The position numbers were made by a program, and so were the translations under genes. This document shows positions 1 to 9,763 of a DNA stretch of 64,000 bases, in pieces. The notes under the pieces were generated by a model. That model saw only the letters and a list, made by a program, of their open reading frames with translations, was not told where the DNA came from and searched no databases. Within the stretch, counting starts at the first letter, position 1. Each line of letters begins with the position of its first letter. This DNA is from an uncultured Gemmatimonadales bacterium (GTDB taxonomy: Bacteria; Gemmatimonadota; Gemmatimonadetes; Longimicrobiales; Gaopeijiaceae): assembly GCA_963823035.1 (NCBI GenBank), contig CAWGKG010000012.1:384001-448000 (forward strand), written 5' to 3'.

Positions 1-427
1 GCATGCGCGCCGCCATCTGACTTCCGCCCACCTCGGTGGCGTGGATGCTGTGCGTGATCAGCACCACCGTGCGACCTTCGTCGAGGAGCCGCTGCAACTC
101 CGCTTCACCCGACACGCGGCGCGGGTCCGCGAGCTTCATCTGGACCTCGTGGAGCTCGTCCAGCCGGGCCTGATTGGCCTCGCTCGTGACCGTCACCATC
201 ACGAACGGACGCCCCTTCGTGGTGGTCCCGAGCGTGTCGACGATGACCCTCGGACTCGTCTTTGCCAGTATCTCGTAGTATGCGGTAAGCTGATTCCAGT
301 CGGCGAGCTTGCGGTCGGTACCGATCTCGAACCCGAAATGCTGGCGCGGCGTGGGCACGGTCTGGGCGGCCGTAGACGTCGATGCGACGGCGACGGCCAC
401 GAAGGCCGACAGGACGCGGCGAATCAT
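1..427 (-). CDS. M14 family zinc carboxypeptidase, secreted (N-terminal part; runs off the window edge)
   Basis: Manual translation from ATG at 427 with a GAGGAG RBS: signal peptide MIRRVLSAFVAVAVAS, then PTPRQHFGFEIGTDRKLADW...TLGTTTKGRPFVMVTVTS...ITHSIHATEVGGSQ (HxxE zinc motif). Not in the ORF track because it is open at the edge. Confidence 0.85.
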   Translation of the reverse strand, partial: MIRRVLSAFVAVAVASTSTAAQTVPTPRQHFGFEIGTDRKLADWNQLTAYYEILAKTSPRVIVDTLGTTTKGRPFVMVTVTSEANQARLDELHEVQMKLADPRRVSGEAELQRLLDEGRTVVLITHSIHATEVGGSQMAARM

Positions 428-504
428 CGAATCTCCTCGGGGCTGATGGCGGTAGGAGTGGATGGTATCCACAGACTCCCCCACCGGCAACGGAGCGTGC
501 AGGC

Positions 505-2689
505 TTGATCCGAACCACCCTCGTCGCCCTCTGCGCGGCGCTTGCCCTCCACCCGTCCGTCGGGGTGGCGCAGGCTGGGACGCCGGGGGACCCGACGTAT
601 CGCGACGAGGCCGTCCGGGCTCTCATGACGCGAGCGCGCGCCGCCCGTGAGCGGGACGTCTCCGGCATCTCCAGCTACGAAGGTGTGCTGCGCGAGCACA
701 TCTACGTGGGCCTGACCGCGCTCCGCTTCAGGCGCGAGCGGAGCCTCTTCGAGCAGGAGCGCATCGCGCGGGTACGCTGGTCGGACGGACGGGGACCGCG
801 CCGTGCAGTGGCTGGGCGCCCGCCGGGCCATCCCGATCGTCGGGGCGGACACGCGCCGGGAGAAGGTCCAGGCGGAGGGGGAGGTGGGCGGCGCCGGTGA
901 AGAGGTGCGCGCCGAGCTCAGGCGCGATCTCCCGGACGAGCTCCTCGGCGACGCGGACCTCGCCCAGTTCCCCCTCGATCCCGGCGGAAGCCGTCTCGTC
1001 TTCGGCGGGGATTGGGCCCTGCACCCGCTCGCCGACACCGCCGAGGCCTACTACCGCTTCTCGTCCGGGGACACGCTGCGCATCCGCCTCCCGGACCGCG
1101 AGGTGCGGCTCTACGAGGTGAAGGTGGAGCCCCGCCACGCGGACTTCCACCTGGTGGCGGGCTCCCTCTGGTTCGATGCCGAGACGGCCTCGCTCGTCCG
1201 GGCGAGCTACCGCCCGGCGAGGCCCTTCAACCTCCTCACGGACGAGCCCGAGGACGCGGAGGACGTGCCCGGCTTCCTCCAGCCGATCGAAGCCGAGATC
1301 AACTACATCACCGTCGAATACAGCCTGTACGACTTCCGCTACTGGCTACCCCGTCGCTTCGCCGCCGAGGGGGAGGCCCGTCTGGGCCGGCTCGTGCACA
1401 TCCCGATCACGGTCGAGTGGAGCGTGGGTGACTACGCCGTCAACGAGGCCGACACCGAGATGCCCATCGATGGGCCGCTGCCCCGCGGATGGTCACGCCA
1501 CGAGGAGCGCGTGAAGGACGAGGAGACCGGCAAGGTCTCCTACATGACGATCATCGTGCCCGAGGCCGATTCGCTCCTCGACTCGCCTCGGCTCTCCGAG
1601 GACTTCGGCGCGCGCTCCCCCACCGCGTTCACGGACGACGAGATCGACGAGATGAGGGGGGAGCTCCAGCAGCTCCTGCCCACCTACGGGCTCTACCGTC
1701 CCCACCTGGCCTGGGGGTTCGATCGTGGGCTGCTGCGCTACAACCGCGTCGAGGGGCTGTCCGCAGGGTCGGCCGTGAGCGTCCCTCTGGGGGTCTCGAC
1801 CTCGGCGACGCTCGAGGGCCGGATCGGGACGGGGGATCGAGAGCCGAACGTGGGCCTGAGCCTGGAGCGCGGGCCCGAGGAGCGGCGGTGGACGCTCTCG
1901 GGGTACTACCAGCGCCTGAAGCCGATGGCGGAGGAGACACATCCCTTCTCCCTCACGAAGTCCGTGGGCAACCTCCTCCTCGGCACGGACCACGGCCAGT
2001 ACTACCGAGCGACGGGCGCCTCCCTCGGCTACGGGCGCGCCGGGAAGCGGGTGCGGTGGGGGCTGGAGGCCTTCCACGAGCGGCAACGGAGCGTGGAGCA
2101 GAACACCGACTTCTTCCTCCTGAAGCCCATCCGCGATCACACGGCACCCTCCGTGCTCGAGGCGGAGCCCCTCGACCTCACCGGGGGGCGCGCCACGCTG
2201 GCGTGGTTCTCCGGCGTGGACCCCAACGGCCTCATCCTGACGGGACGGCTCGCGGGCGAGGCGGCAGGCGGCGACGCCGTCTACCAGCGGCTTTCCGCCA
2301 CGCTCTCGGCCACGCACCCCCTGCCCCTCGGCCTCGCCGGCGCTCTGGAGTTCGGGGCCGGGGCGCTCTGGGGCGACGACCCCGTGCAGCGCCACCTCTT
2401 CCTGGGCGGCTCCGCATCGCTTCGCGGCTTCCACACCAACGCGTTCCACGGCTCCTCGGCGTGGCAGGGCCGCGCGGAGATCGCCTCGGGGTTCGCCGGA
2501 GCACGCATCGGCCTCTTCGGCGACCTCGGTTGGGCCGGCCCTCGAGCCGACTTCCGCTTCGACGACCCCGCGGCCTCCGTGGGGATCGGCGTATCCCTGC
2601 TCGACGGGCTCCTGCGCGCGGATCTGGCGCACGCGGTGCGCCTTGGATCCGGCTGGAAGCTCCACCTCTACCTCGACGGGCTCTTCTGA
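505..2689 (+). CDS. Secreted/outer-membrane protein with C-terminal beta-barrel (Omp85/BamA-TamA-like); frameshift near 790-800
   Basis: Signal peptide from TTG 505 (LIRTTLVALCAALALHPSVGVAQA) joins ORF 803..2689. It has RYNRVEGL and GGSASLRGF motifs, amphipathic strands and a C-terminal Phe (YLDGLF). Confidence 0.65.
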
Positions 2690-2780
2690 GGGTCGTCCGA
2701 CCCCGCGATCGCTTTCCCCCGATCGGTGCGCCGCCTACCCTTAGGGCCGGAGGTTGCGGACTCGACGGAGGAGGTTCCAG

Positions 2781-4428
2781 GTGAAGCGTTTCGTATGGGT
2801 CGTGGCGGGGGTGTTGGCGGCCGGATGTGCCAAGGAGGCGTCGGCGCCCGCCACCCCCGATGTGTCGCTCTCGGGCGACCGGATCCGCGAGGACATGCGG
2901 GTGCTGTCGTCGGATGAATACCTCGGGCGTGGCTCGGGTCAGCGCGGCGGAGAGATGGCGTCCCAGTACATCGCCGACCGTTTCAGCGAGGCCGGGCTCG
3001 AGCCGGTGAACGGCTCGTACTTCCAGACGGTGCCGATGGTCGGCTACACCACCGTTCCCTCCTCGGTGGGCCTCTCCTTCCGGGGTCCGCAGGGGGCCCT
3101 CTCTCCGACGTACCTCGACGGATTCGTGCTCAACGCCGGAGATCCGGAGGCGACCTCGGCCGGCGGCACGGGCGAGGTCGTGTTCGTGGGGTACGGGATC
3201 GACGCGCCCGAAAACGAATGGAACGACTTCGAGGGTGTCGACGTGAAGGGGAAGTTCATCCTGATCCTCGTCAACGATCCCCCCGCACCCGAGGACGAGC
3301 CCGACCTGTTCGGGGGGCCGGCGATGACCTACTACGGTCGCTGGACGTACAAGTGGGAGGAGGCCGCGCGCCAGGGGGCCCTGGGCGCGCTGATCGTGCA
3401 CGAGGACGCCGCCGCAGGGCTATCCGTGGAGCGTCGTGCGCGGCGGCCGCTCCGGGGAGCAGTTCTCGCTACCGCCCGACCCCACGGGGCCTGCGCCGGC
3501 AGGCATGGTGGGATGGGTCACGCACGACGTCGCGGCGAACATCCTGAAGCTCGCCGGGCTCGACTACGAGACGCTCAAGCAACAGGCCGCACATCGTCAG
3601 TTCCAGGCGGTGCCGACCGGCGTGACCGCCACGGCCGCCCTGACGGCGGCGGTCCGGCAGGTCGAGACCCGCAACGTGGTCGGGTTGCTGCCCGGCTCCG
3701 CCCGCCCGGACGAGATCATCACGCTCACGTCCCACTACGACCACTTCGGCGTGGGGGAGCCCATCGACGGCGACAGCATCTACAACGGCGCCTACGACAA
3801 CGCCTCGGGCATGGCGCTGCTGATCGAGGTCGCGCGCGGGTTCTCCTCCCTCCCGGAGGGGCCGAAGCGCTCGCTGCTCTTCATCTCCACCGCCGCCGAG
3901 GAGCAGGGGCTCCTCGGGTCGCAATGGTACGCGCAGTCTCCCCTCTTCCCCCTCCGGGAAACGGTCGCCGAGATCAACATGGACGGTGCCAACCTCTGGG
4001 GTGAGACCGACGACGTGACGGTCTTCGGAGAGGACCGGAGTGAGTTGGGGACGTACGTCCGTGCGCGGGCGGCGGAGCTCCATCTCCAGATCGTGCCGGA
4101 CCAGGAGCCCGAGAAGGGCTTCTTCTTCCGCAGCGACCACTTCCCCTTCGCGAAGGCGGGCGTCCCGTCGCTCTACATCGAGCACGGTCAGAACTACCGC
4201 GGAAAGCCCGCGGGATACGGGAAGGAGATCTCGGAGGACTACACGGCCCACCGCTACCACGCCCCGAGCGACGAGTTCTCCGACGACTTCGTCTTCGACG
4301 GCGCCGTCCAGCAGGGGCTACTCATCTTCCGCACGGCATGGGACATCGCCGAGGCGGACGGCTGGCCCGACTGGAACGAGGGTCAGGAGTTCAAGGCCGC
4401 CCGCGACGCGATGATGTCGGGGAGCTGA
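2781..4428 (+). CDS. M28 family metallopeptidase lipoprotein with PA domain; frameshift near 3420
   Basis: GTG start after GAGGAG, lipobox LAAGC; motifs SHYDHFG, NGAYDNASG, AEEQGLLGS, RSDHFPF, RYHAPSD across ORFs 2754..4004 and 3436..4428. Confidence 0.9.
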
Positions 4429-4452
4429 CGGGAAGGGAGGGGGGCCCCTGGG

Positions 4453-4482
4453 ACCCGGGGCGCGGCGCGAGCGCCCCGGGTT
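4453..4482. terminator. GC-rich hairpin between convergent M28 and Nif3 genes
   Basis: ACCCGGGGCGC-loop-GCGCCCCGGGT inverted repeat; no clear U-tract. Confidence 0.5.
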
Positions 4483-5243
4483 CACATCCCGGTAGGCTGG
4501 TCCAGGAACTCCCACTGGAGGTCGAAGCGCTCCGCGACATGGGCGGCGAGCGCACGCACGCCGAAGGTCTCGGTGGCGTAGTGCCCGCCCAGGAGCAAGT
4601 GGACGCCGAGCTCCATCGCGTCGAAGAAGGCATGATGCGAGCCCTCTCCGGTGACGAGCGCGTCCAACTCGAGCGCGACCGCGCTCCCCACGAAGGAGGC
4701 CCCACCCCCCGTCACGACGCCCACGCGTTCGACGCGGTCCGGGCCTCCTGGAACGAGCCGCACAGGGGCGCCGTCCAGCGCCTCCTCCAGGCGCACGGCG
4801 AGCGCCTGTGCATCGAGCGCCGGATCCAGCGTCCCCCACCACCCGATCGCGGCCCCCTTGTACTCGGCGAACGGACCCTGCACCTGCAGCCCGAGAGCCC
4901 GGGCGAGCAGCACGGAGTTGCCGACCTCGGCGTGACCATCGAGGGGGAGGTGGACGCTGTAGACCGCAACGCCGTGCTCGATGAGGGGTCGGACACGGCG
5001 GAGTCGCCGTCCCGTCAACGGCTTGAGGCCCTCCCAGAAGAGCCCGTGGTGTACGAGGAGGAGGTCCGCACCCCGCTCGACCGCCGCAGCCACGGAGGCC
5101 TCCGAGGCGTCCACCGCCGCCACGATGCGGTGCACCTCGTCGGGTCCGCCGACCTGCAGTCCGTTGAGGGCCACCGGGTAGTCCGGGTGGTCCCGCACCC
5201 CGAGATACGCGTCCAGATACTGGAGCAAGGATTCTAATTTCAT
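4482..5243 (-). CDS. Nif3-like dinuclear metal centre hexameric protein (DUF34/YbgI family)
   Basis: NGLQV, LLLVHHGLFW, YSVHLPLDGH, VGNS, GHYATETFG motifs. Confidence 0.92.
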   Translation of the reverse strand: MKLESLLQYLDAYLGVRDHPDYPVALNGLQVGGPDEVHRIVAAVDASEASVAAAVERGADLLLVHHGLFWEGLKPLTGRRLRRVRPLIEHGVAVYSVHLPLDGHAEVGNSVLLARALGLQVQGPFAEYKGAAIGWWGTLDPALDAQALAVRLEEALDGAPVRLVPGGPDRVERVGVVTGGGASFVGSAVALELDALVTGEGSHHAFFDAMELGVHLLLGGHYATETFGVRALAAHVAERFDLQWEFLDQPTGM

Positions 5244-5272
5244 CGAGCGATCCACGGCGGGGAAATCCGACC

Positions 5273-5423
5273 CGTGGACAACCTGTGGATAAAGGGTCGA
5301 CCCCTCGGACCCACACGGTCCCGCCTGAGGCGGACGATCCTCGCATCGCCCTGGAGGTACAACGCCTTACGGGCTTATCCACATCCATGATTCTGCGTGT
5401 CCTGGCCTTCCGAGGAATCCACA
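5273..5423. promoter_or_regulatory. DnaA-box cluster upstream of the Nif3 gene
   Basis: Perfect TGTGGATAA (5284-5292) and TTATCCACA (5375-5383); degenerate CGTGGACAA (5273-5281) and GAATCCACA (5415-5423). Confidence 0.7.
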
Positions 5424-5468
5424 CACCCTGGGGAGAGGCGGGGGCGCAGGGGTGCGGCGCGGCGTCGA

Positions 5469-5876
5469 TCAGCCCTCCGCCGGCATCAGCTCGACGGGCG
5501 GCGTTACGCGCTCGTCGACCCCCGTGTTCCCCATGTCCACCGTGCCGTTCAGGACCGCGCCCTCCTCGAGTTGCATCCGGCGCGCACGCACGTCCCCCTC
5601 GATCCGGCAGGTGGCCTGGAGCTCGAGGCGGGACTCGGCGACCAGGGTGCCGACCACGCGTCCGGAGATCACGGCATCCTGCGTCTTGATGTCTCCATCC
5701 ACGAGGCCGTCCTTCCCCACGACGACCGCCTTCCCGGCGTACACGGAACCCTGGATCGTGCCCTCGATCCGTATCGTACCGTCCGTCTCGCAGTTGCCGA
5801 CCACCTTCATCCCGGGACCGATGATCGAGATGACCGTCTCGGGCGAAGTGCCATTGCCAGCGCGATCTCGTGCCAT
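5469..5876 (-). CDS. Bactofilin (polymer-forming cytoskeletal protein)
   Basis: SIIGPGMKVVGNC...IRIEGTIQGSV...LQATCRIEGDV...LEEGAVLNGTVDM beta-helix pattern; ATG 5876 after GAGGAGG. Confidence 0.92.
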   Translation of the reverse strand: MARDRAGNGTSPETVISIIGPGMKVVGNCETDGTIRIEGTIQGSVYAGKAVVVGKDGLVDGDIKTQDAVISGRVVGTLVAESRLELQATCRIEGDVRARRMQLEEGAVLNGTVDMGNTGVDERVTPPVELMPAEG

Positions 5877-5893
5877 CGCGCGCCTCCTCGAAA

Positions 5894-6680
5894 TCAGGGC
5901 TGATGTACCAGCGTGAGCGGATCCACGGCCTCCCCGTTGAGGAGGACCTCGAAGTGGAGGTGGGGCGCGGTAGAGCGCCCGGTCGAGCCCGAAAGCGCGA
6001 TCACCTCGTTCTGCCGAACCTGCTCCCCCCGGGCCACCAGGTTGAGGGATGCGTGTCCGTACAGGGTCGTGTAGCCCTCGCCGTGGTCGATCACGACGAA
6101 GTGCCCGTAAACGGGGTCCTCCCCGACGTCGACGACCGTACCCGCGCCCGCGGCGCGGACGTAGGAGTCCGTCGGCACGGCGATGTCCAGCCCCGGGTGC
6201 TCGACCTGCCCGGGCGCGCCGTCGAGCAGCCCCTGCGTGACGAAGCCACGCTCCGTGAGTGGCCAGCTCGACGGGATGCTCGCCGCGACCGTGGTACGCG
6301 GCGCGCCGCTGCGGCGCCCCGCCCCCGCCGGAGGCAGCCACGCGTTCGAGGGGGTATTGGCCGTGTGTGCACCGAACAGATCCCGAATCCGCGCATACTG
6401 CCGCTCGATGCCCTGTAGCTCGGTTGCCAGCGCCTGAACCCGGGCCCGGTCGGCCTCGAGGGAGCGTACCTGCATCTCGAGCTCGCCCACGCGCGATGCC
6501 CGGGCGGCCAGGTACCACCAGCTCCCCGCGACCAGCGTCAGCGCCAGAGCGAGCACCGCGGCCACCCCGCCGAGCGTGCGCAGCAGTCGATAGGACAGCT
6601 GGAAGGTGCGGCTCTCCTGCCCGCCGATCCGGCACCAGGATCACGGTGAGGTGGCGCCGGCCGGGCTTCTCGTCGCTCAT
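5894..6680 (-). CDS. M23 family metallopeptidase (membrane anchor, coiled coil); frameshift near 6630
   Basis: HPGLDIA and GRSTAPHLHFEV (HxxxD / HxH); YGHFVVIDHGEGYTTLYGH; ATG at 6680 overlaps the parB stop. Confidence 0.9.
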
Positions 6681-7564
6681 CCCACCACCTCCGACGCTTC
6701 CCGTCCCGTCACGAGCTCGAACACCCGCTCGAAGTCCTCCGGTCCGTGGAAGGTGATCTCGATGATGCCCTTTCCCTTCCGGGTGCGCTTGATGTTCACG
6801 CGCGTCGACAACGACTCCTGGAGGGCGTCCTCCAGGGCGAGCACGATCGGCTCCTTCGGTCGCTCCGTCCGCTTCTTCTTACCGCTTCCCGGCCCGCTCT
6901 CGCTGGCGCGGCGTTCGACCTCCCGTACCGTCCATCCCTCCGCGACGGCCCTTCGGGCGAGGTCTCCGGCGCGCACGACGTCATCGACCGCCAGCAGCGC
7001 GCGGGCATGCCCCATGCTCAGGGATCCGGACTCCAGCAGCTTACGCACGGAAGGCGGCAGGTTGAGGAGCCGCAGGAAATTCGCTACCGAGGACCGGTCC
7101 TTCCCCACGGCCCGGGCGATGTCGGCCTGCGTCATGGAGAACTTATCCGCCAGCGCCCTGTATCCCTCGGCTTCTTCCAGGGGATTGAGCGCTTCCCGCT
7201 GCAGGTTCTCGACCAGCGCCAGCACCAGGAGCGTCTCGTCCGAGGCCTCGCGCACGAGCACCGGAACGTCGTCCCACCCGAGCTGCGACACGGCCCTGAA
7301 CCGTCGTTCACCCGCGACGAGCTCGAATCGGTCGGGCACCGAGGGTGAGGGGCGCACCACCAGCGGCTGGAGGAGGCCGTTCGCCCGGATGGACTCCGCC
7401 AACTCGTTCAGCTCGCCGTCGGTGAAGGTGCGTCGGGGCTGCAGGGGATTGGGCACGATGGCCGCGACCTTCACGCGGCGGATCTCCGCGTCGTCCGCCT
7501 CCGGGTCCAGATACTGGCCCAGGAGTGCGCCGAGCCCCTTCCCGAGGCGGTCGCGCCGGGTCAT
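6677..7564 (-). CDS. parB: Chromosome partitioning protein ParB/Spo0J
   Basis: LGKGLGALL, PNPLQPRRTF, GLLQPLVVR, LVAGERRFRA, ALVENLQREALNPLEEA, HTH; start overlaps the parA stop. Confidence 0.97.
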   Translation of the reverse strand: MTRRDRLGKGLGALLGQYLDPEADDAEIRRVKVAAIVPNPLQPRRTFTDGELNELAESIRANGLLQPLVVRPSPSVPDRFELVAGERRFRAVSQLGWDDVPVLVREASDETLLVLALVENLQREALNPLEEAEGYRALADKFSMTQADIARAVGKDRSSVANFLRLLNLPPSVRKLLESGSLSMGHARALLAVDDVVRAGDLARRAVAEGWTVREVERRASESGPGSGKKKRTERPKEPIVLALEDALQESLSTRVNIKRTRKGKGIIEITFHGPEDFERVFELVTGREASEVVG

Positions 7565-8364
7565 CGTGCGCCCGTCCTGCCCAGCTCCTTCGCGTCCGCC
7601 TTCCGCTTCGCCAGCACCTCCTTGGCGAGCGCCAGATACGCCTGGGCGCCCTGCGACAGCACGTCGTAGAGCACGATCGGCTGACCGAAGCTCGGCGCCT
7701 CCGCGAGGCGGACGTTCCGGGGGATCGCCGTGCGGTACACGTTGTTCCCGAAGTACTCCCTGGCCTCGGCCGCGACCTGCCTGGAGAGGTTCAGGCGTCG
7801 GTCGAACATCGTCAGGAGCACGCCCTCGATGTCCAGCGCCGGATTGAGGCCACGCTGCACCAGGCGGATGGTATTGAGCAGCTGGCTCAGCCCTTCCAGC
7901 GCGTAGAACTCGCACTGGATGGGGATCAGCACCGAGTCGGCCGCCGTGAGGGTGTTGAGCGTGAGGAGGCCGAGGGACGGTGGGCAATCGACGAGGATGA
8001 AGTCGTAGCGGTCCCGCAGGGGCTCCAGCGCGTTCCGGAGGATCCGCTCACGGTGCGGCGCCTCGACCAGCTCGATCTCCGCCCCCACGAGGTCCCGGGT
8101 GGACGGAATCAGGTCCAGGAAGGGGAAATGAAGCTCCTTGAGGACGGCTTCCTCCGCGTTTCGGTCCCCGACGAGCACGTCGTAGATCGTTGAGATGGAC
8201 TCTCGCTGCTCGACTCCAAGCCCGCTGGTGGCGTTTCCCTGCGGGTCGATGTCCACCACGAGCGTGCGTTTCTCCGCCACGGCCAGGGAAGCGCCGAGGT
8301 TGATCGCGGTCGTGGTCTTGCCGACGCCGCCCTTCTGGTTTGCGATGGCGATGACGCGGGACAT
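7561..8364 (-). CDS. parA: Chromosome partitioning ATPase ParA/Soj
   Basis: ANQKGGVGKTTT deviant Walker A, DIDPQGNATSG, DCPPSLG, IPRNVRLAEAPSFG. Confidence 0.97.
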   Translation of the reverse strand: MSRVIAIANQKGGVGKTTTAINLGASLAVAEKRTLVVDIDPQGNATSGLGVEQRESISTIYDVLVGDRNAEEAVLKELHFPFLDLIPSTRDLVGAEIELVEAPHRERILRNALEPLRDRYDFILVDCPPSLGLLTLNTLTAADSVLIPIQCEFYALEGLSQLLNTIRLVQRGLNPALDIEGVLLTMFDRRLNLSRQVAAEAREYFGNNVYRTAIPRNVRLAEAPSFGQPIVLYDVLSQGAQAYLALAKEVLAKRKADAKELGRTGAR

Positions 8365-8550
8365 GGAGCTCTCGACAGGGAGTCCCGAAACACGAACGAT
8401 TCGGAGGGGGGAACTTCAATAATAGGCCCGGCACGCCCGCGACGTAAGGCGAAGAGCTTGACGATGTCCCTTCCCAGCGGGATTTTCCCGGATCACCGAG
8501 GGAAGTCCAAGGCGGGTGGAGGCTCGCGCCCGTGGGAGGTCGGGGGTCCT

Positions 8551-9034
8551 ATGATCGTTGTGCGGCGGCGCGTGTCGGGGTGGAGGCTCCTCCTCCTACC
8601 CTTCCTGGCATCCCCTTCCTTCAGCGCGGCGTGCGCGAGCGACGGTGGCGTCGGGGTCGACCCGGCCGTCGCGCCCTTCGTCGGCGAGTGGCTCGCCACG
8701 ACGATGGTGCTCACGTCCGTGGCCAATCCGGATGTGCACCCCGACCTCATCGAGACCGGCGCCACCTTCAGCGTCGACGTCCAGCCGTCCGGCCAGTACA
8801 CAGCCATCCTGCTCTTCTCCGGACAGTCGCAGACGGAGATCGGGCAGCTCACGGTGTCCGGCGAGCAATGTGACGCTGCAGCCTTCGTTCCCCAGCGGCG
8901 CGGCATCGGCCACGTCGACGTTCTCCTTCCCGGATGCCGACCACTTCGTGCTGGACGGCACCACGGAGTTCGACTTCAACCTCGACGGCACGAGCGAAGC
9001 GGCCACCGCCCACATCGCGTTCGCGCGGAAGTAG
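8551..9034 (+). CDS. Putative lipocalin-like lipoprotein; frameshift near 8865
   Basis: Possible lipobox SAAC, FVGEW (GxW) motif and beta-rich sequence; joins ORFs 8458..9075 and 8558..9034. Confidence 0.55.
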
Positions 9035-9046
9035 GCCCGGCGCGGG

Positions 9047-9062
9047 TGTTCCACGTGGAACA
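9047..9062. promoter_or_regulatory. parS: parS centromere-like site 1
   Basis: Perfect palindrome TGTTCCACGTGGAACA (extends to GG...CC, 9045-9064), next to parAB. Confidence 0.95.
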
Positions 9063-9280
9063 CCAGGAGCGGTAGGGCGGGGAGGGGATCACGAGGAACG
9101 CCTTTGAGCCGTTCCCTGATGCCCGGCGCCTTCCATCCCGCTCAGTCCTCCCAAAAAGGAAGTTCTGCGTTCCTTTTGGAGCGTCGCACACGGCGAGCCG
9201 CGCGAGATCCTCGCGCGCTCTCCAGGGTTCGCTGGCGGGACTCCCTCGCGAGAAGGGGATTCACCGCAGCTCTTCACGAC

Positions 9281-9468
9281 CTGGCGTGCCGTAGCCGAAG
9301 TCCGTTGAAGGACCGAGGGTGCCGATGCGCCGCCCTGGCAAGGCGCGACGACGAGGAATAGCAGCGCTGTGGGGTACCCGCGCCCGCGGCGCGGGTCGAG
9401 GAGCAACGCAGTCCAGAGCGGATGCAGCGGCGCACGAATCCCAACGGACTTTGGCTACGGTACACCAG
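9281..9468. mobile_element. MITE-like non-coding element with 27-bp terminal inverted repeats
   Basis: CTGGCGTGCCGTAGCCGAAGTCCGTTG (9281-9307) versus CAACGGACTTTGGCTACGGTACACCAG (9442-9468), 24/27 complementary; internal hairpins; no credible ORF. Confidence 0.55.
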
Positions 9469-9533
9469 GAGCGGATGGCCTACGCCGGGCGGTCCAGGTC
9501 CGGGCGGATTCGCGTGGGGCCACCCAACCGGGG

Positions 9534-9549
9534 TGTTCCACGTGGAACA
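9534..9549. promoter_or_regulatory. parS: parS centromere-like site 2
   Basis: Perfect palindrome TGTTCCACGTGGAACA, identical to site 1. Confidence 0.95.
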
Positions 9550-9763
9550 TCCCCGGTCCGGGGCACTTCGGCCCCCTCCCGGCCGCGCCTCGAGGAAGGC
9601 GGTCCTCCGGCCGGCGCGACAAGCGACGTGGCGGCCCGGCACCGCTCAGGCCGGACCCGCGGGGCCCATGACCGCTCCCACGCGTGCGCCGCCTCCGGAC
9701 CTACGCCCTGAGACGAACCCCGTTCCGCTCGAGGATCAACCACCGTCCTTCCGACACCTCGGC

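Noticed and set aside
9047..9549. Identical 16-bp palindromes as a possible CRISPR or IS end pair
   Set aside because: Only two copies 487 bp apart, exact parS consensus next to parAB, and no cas genes.
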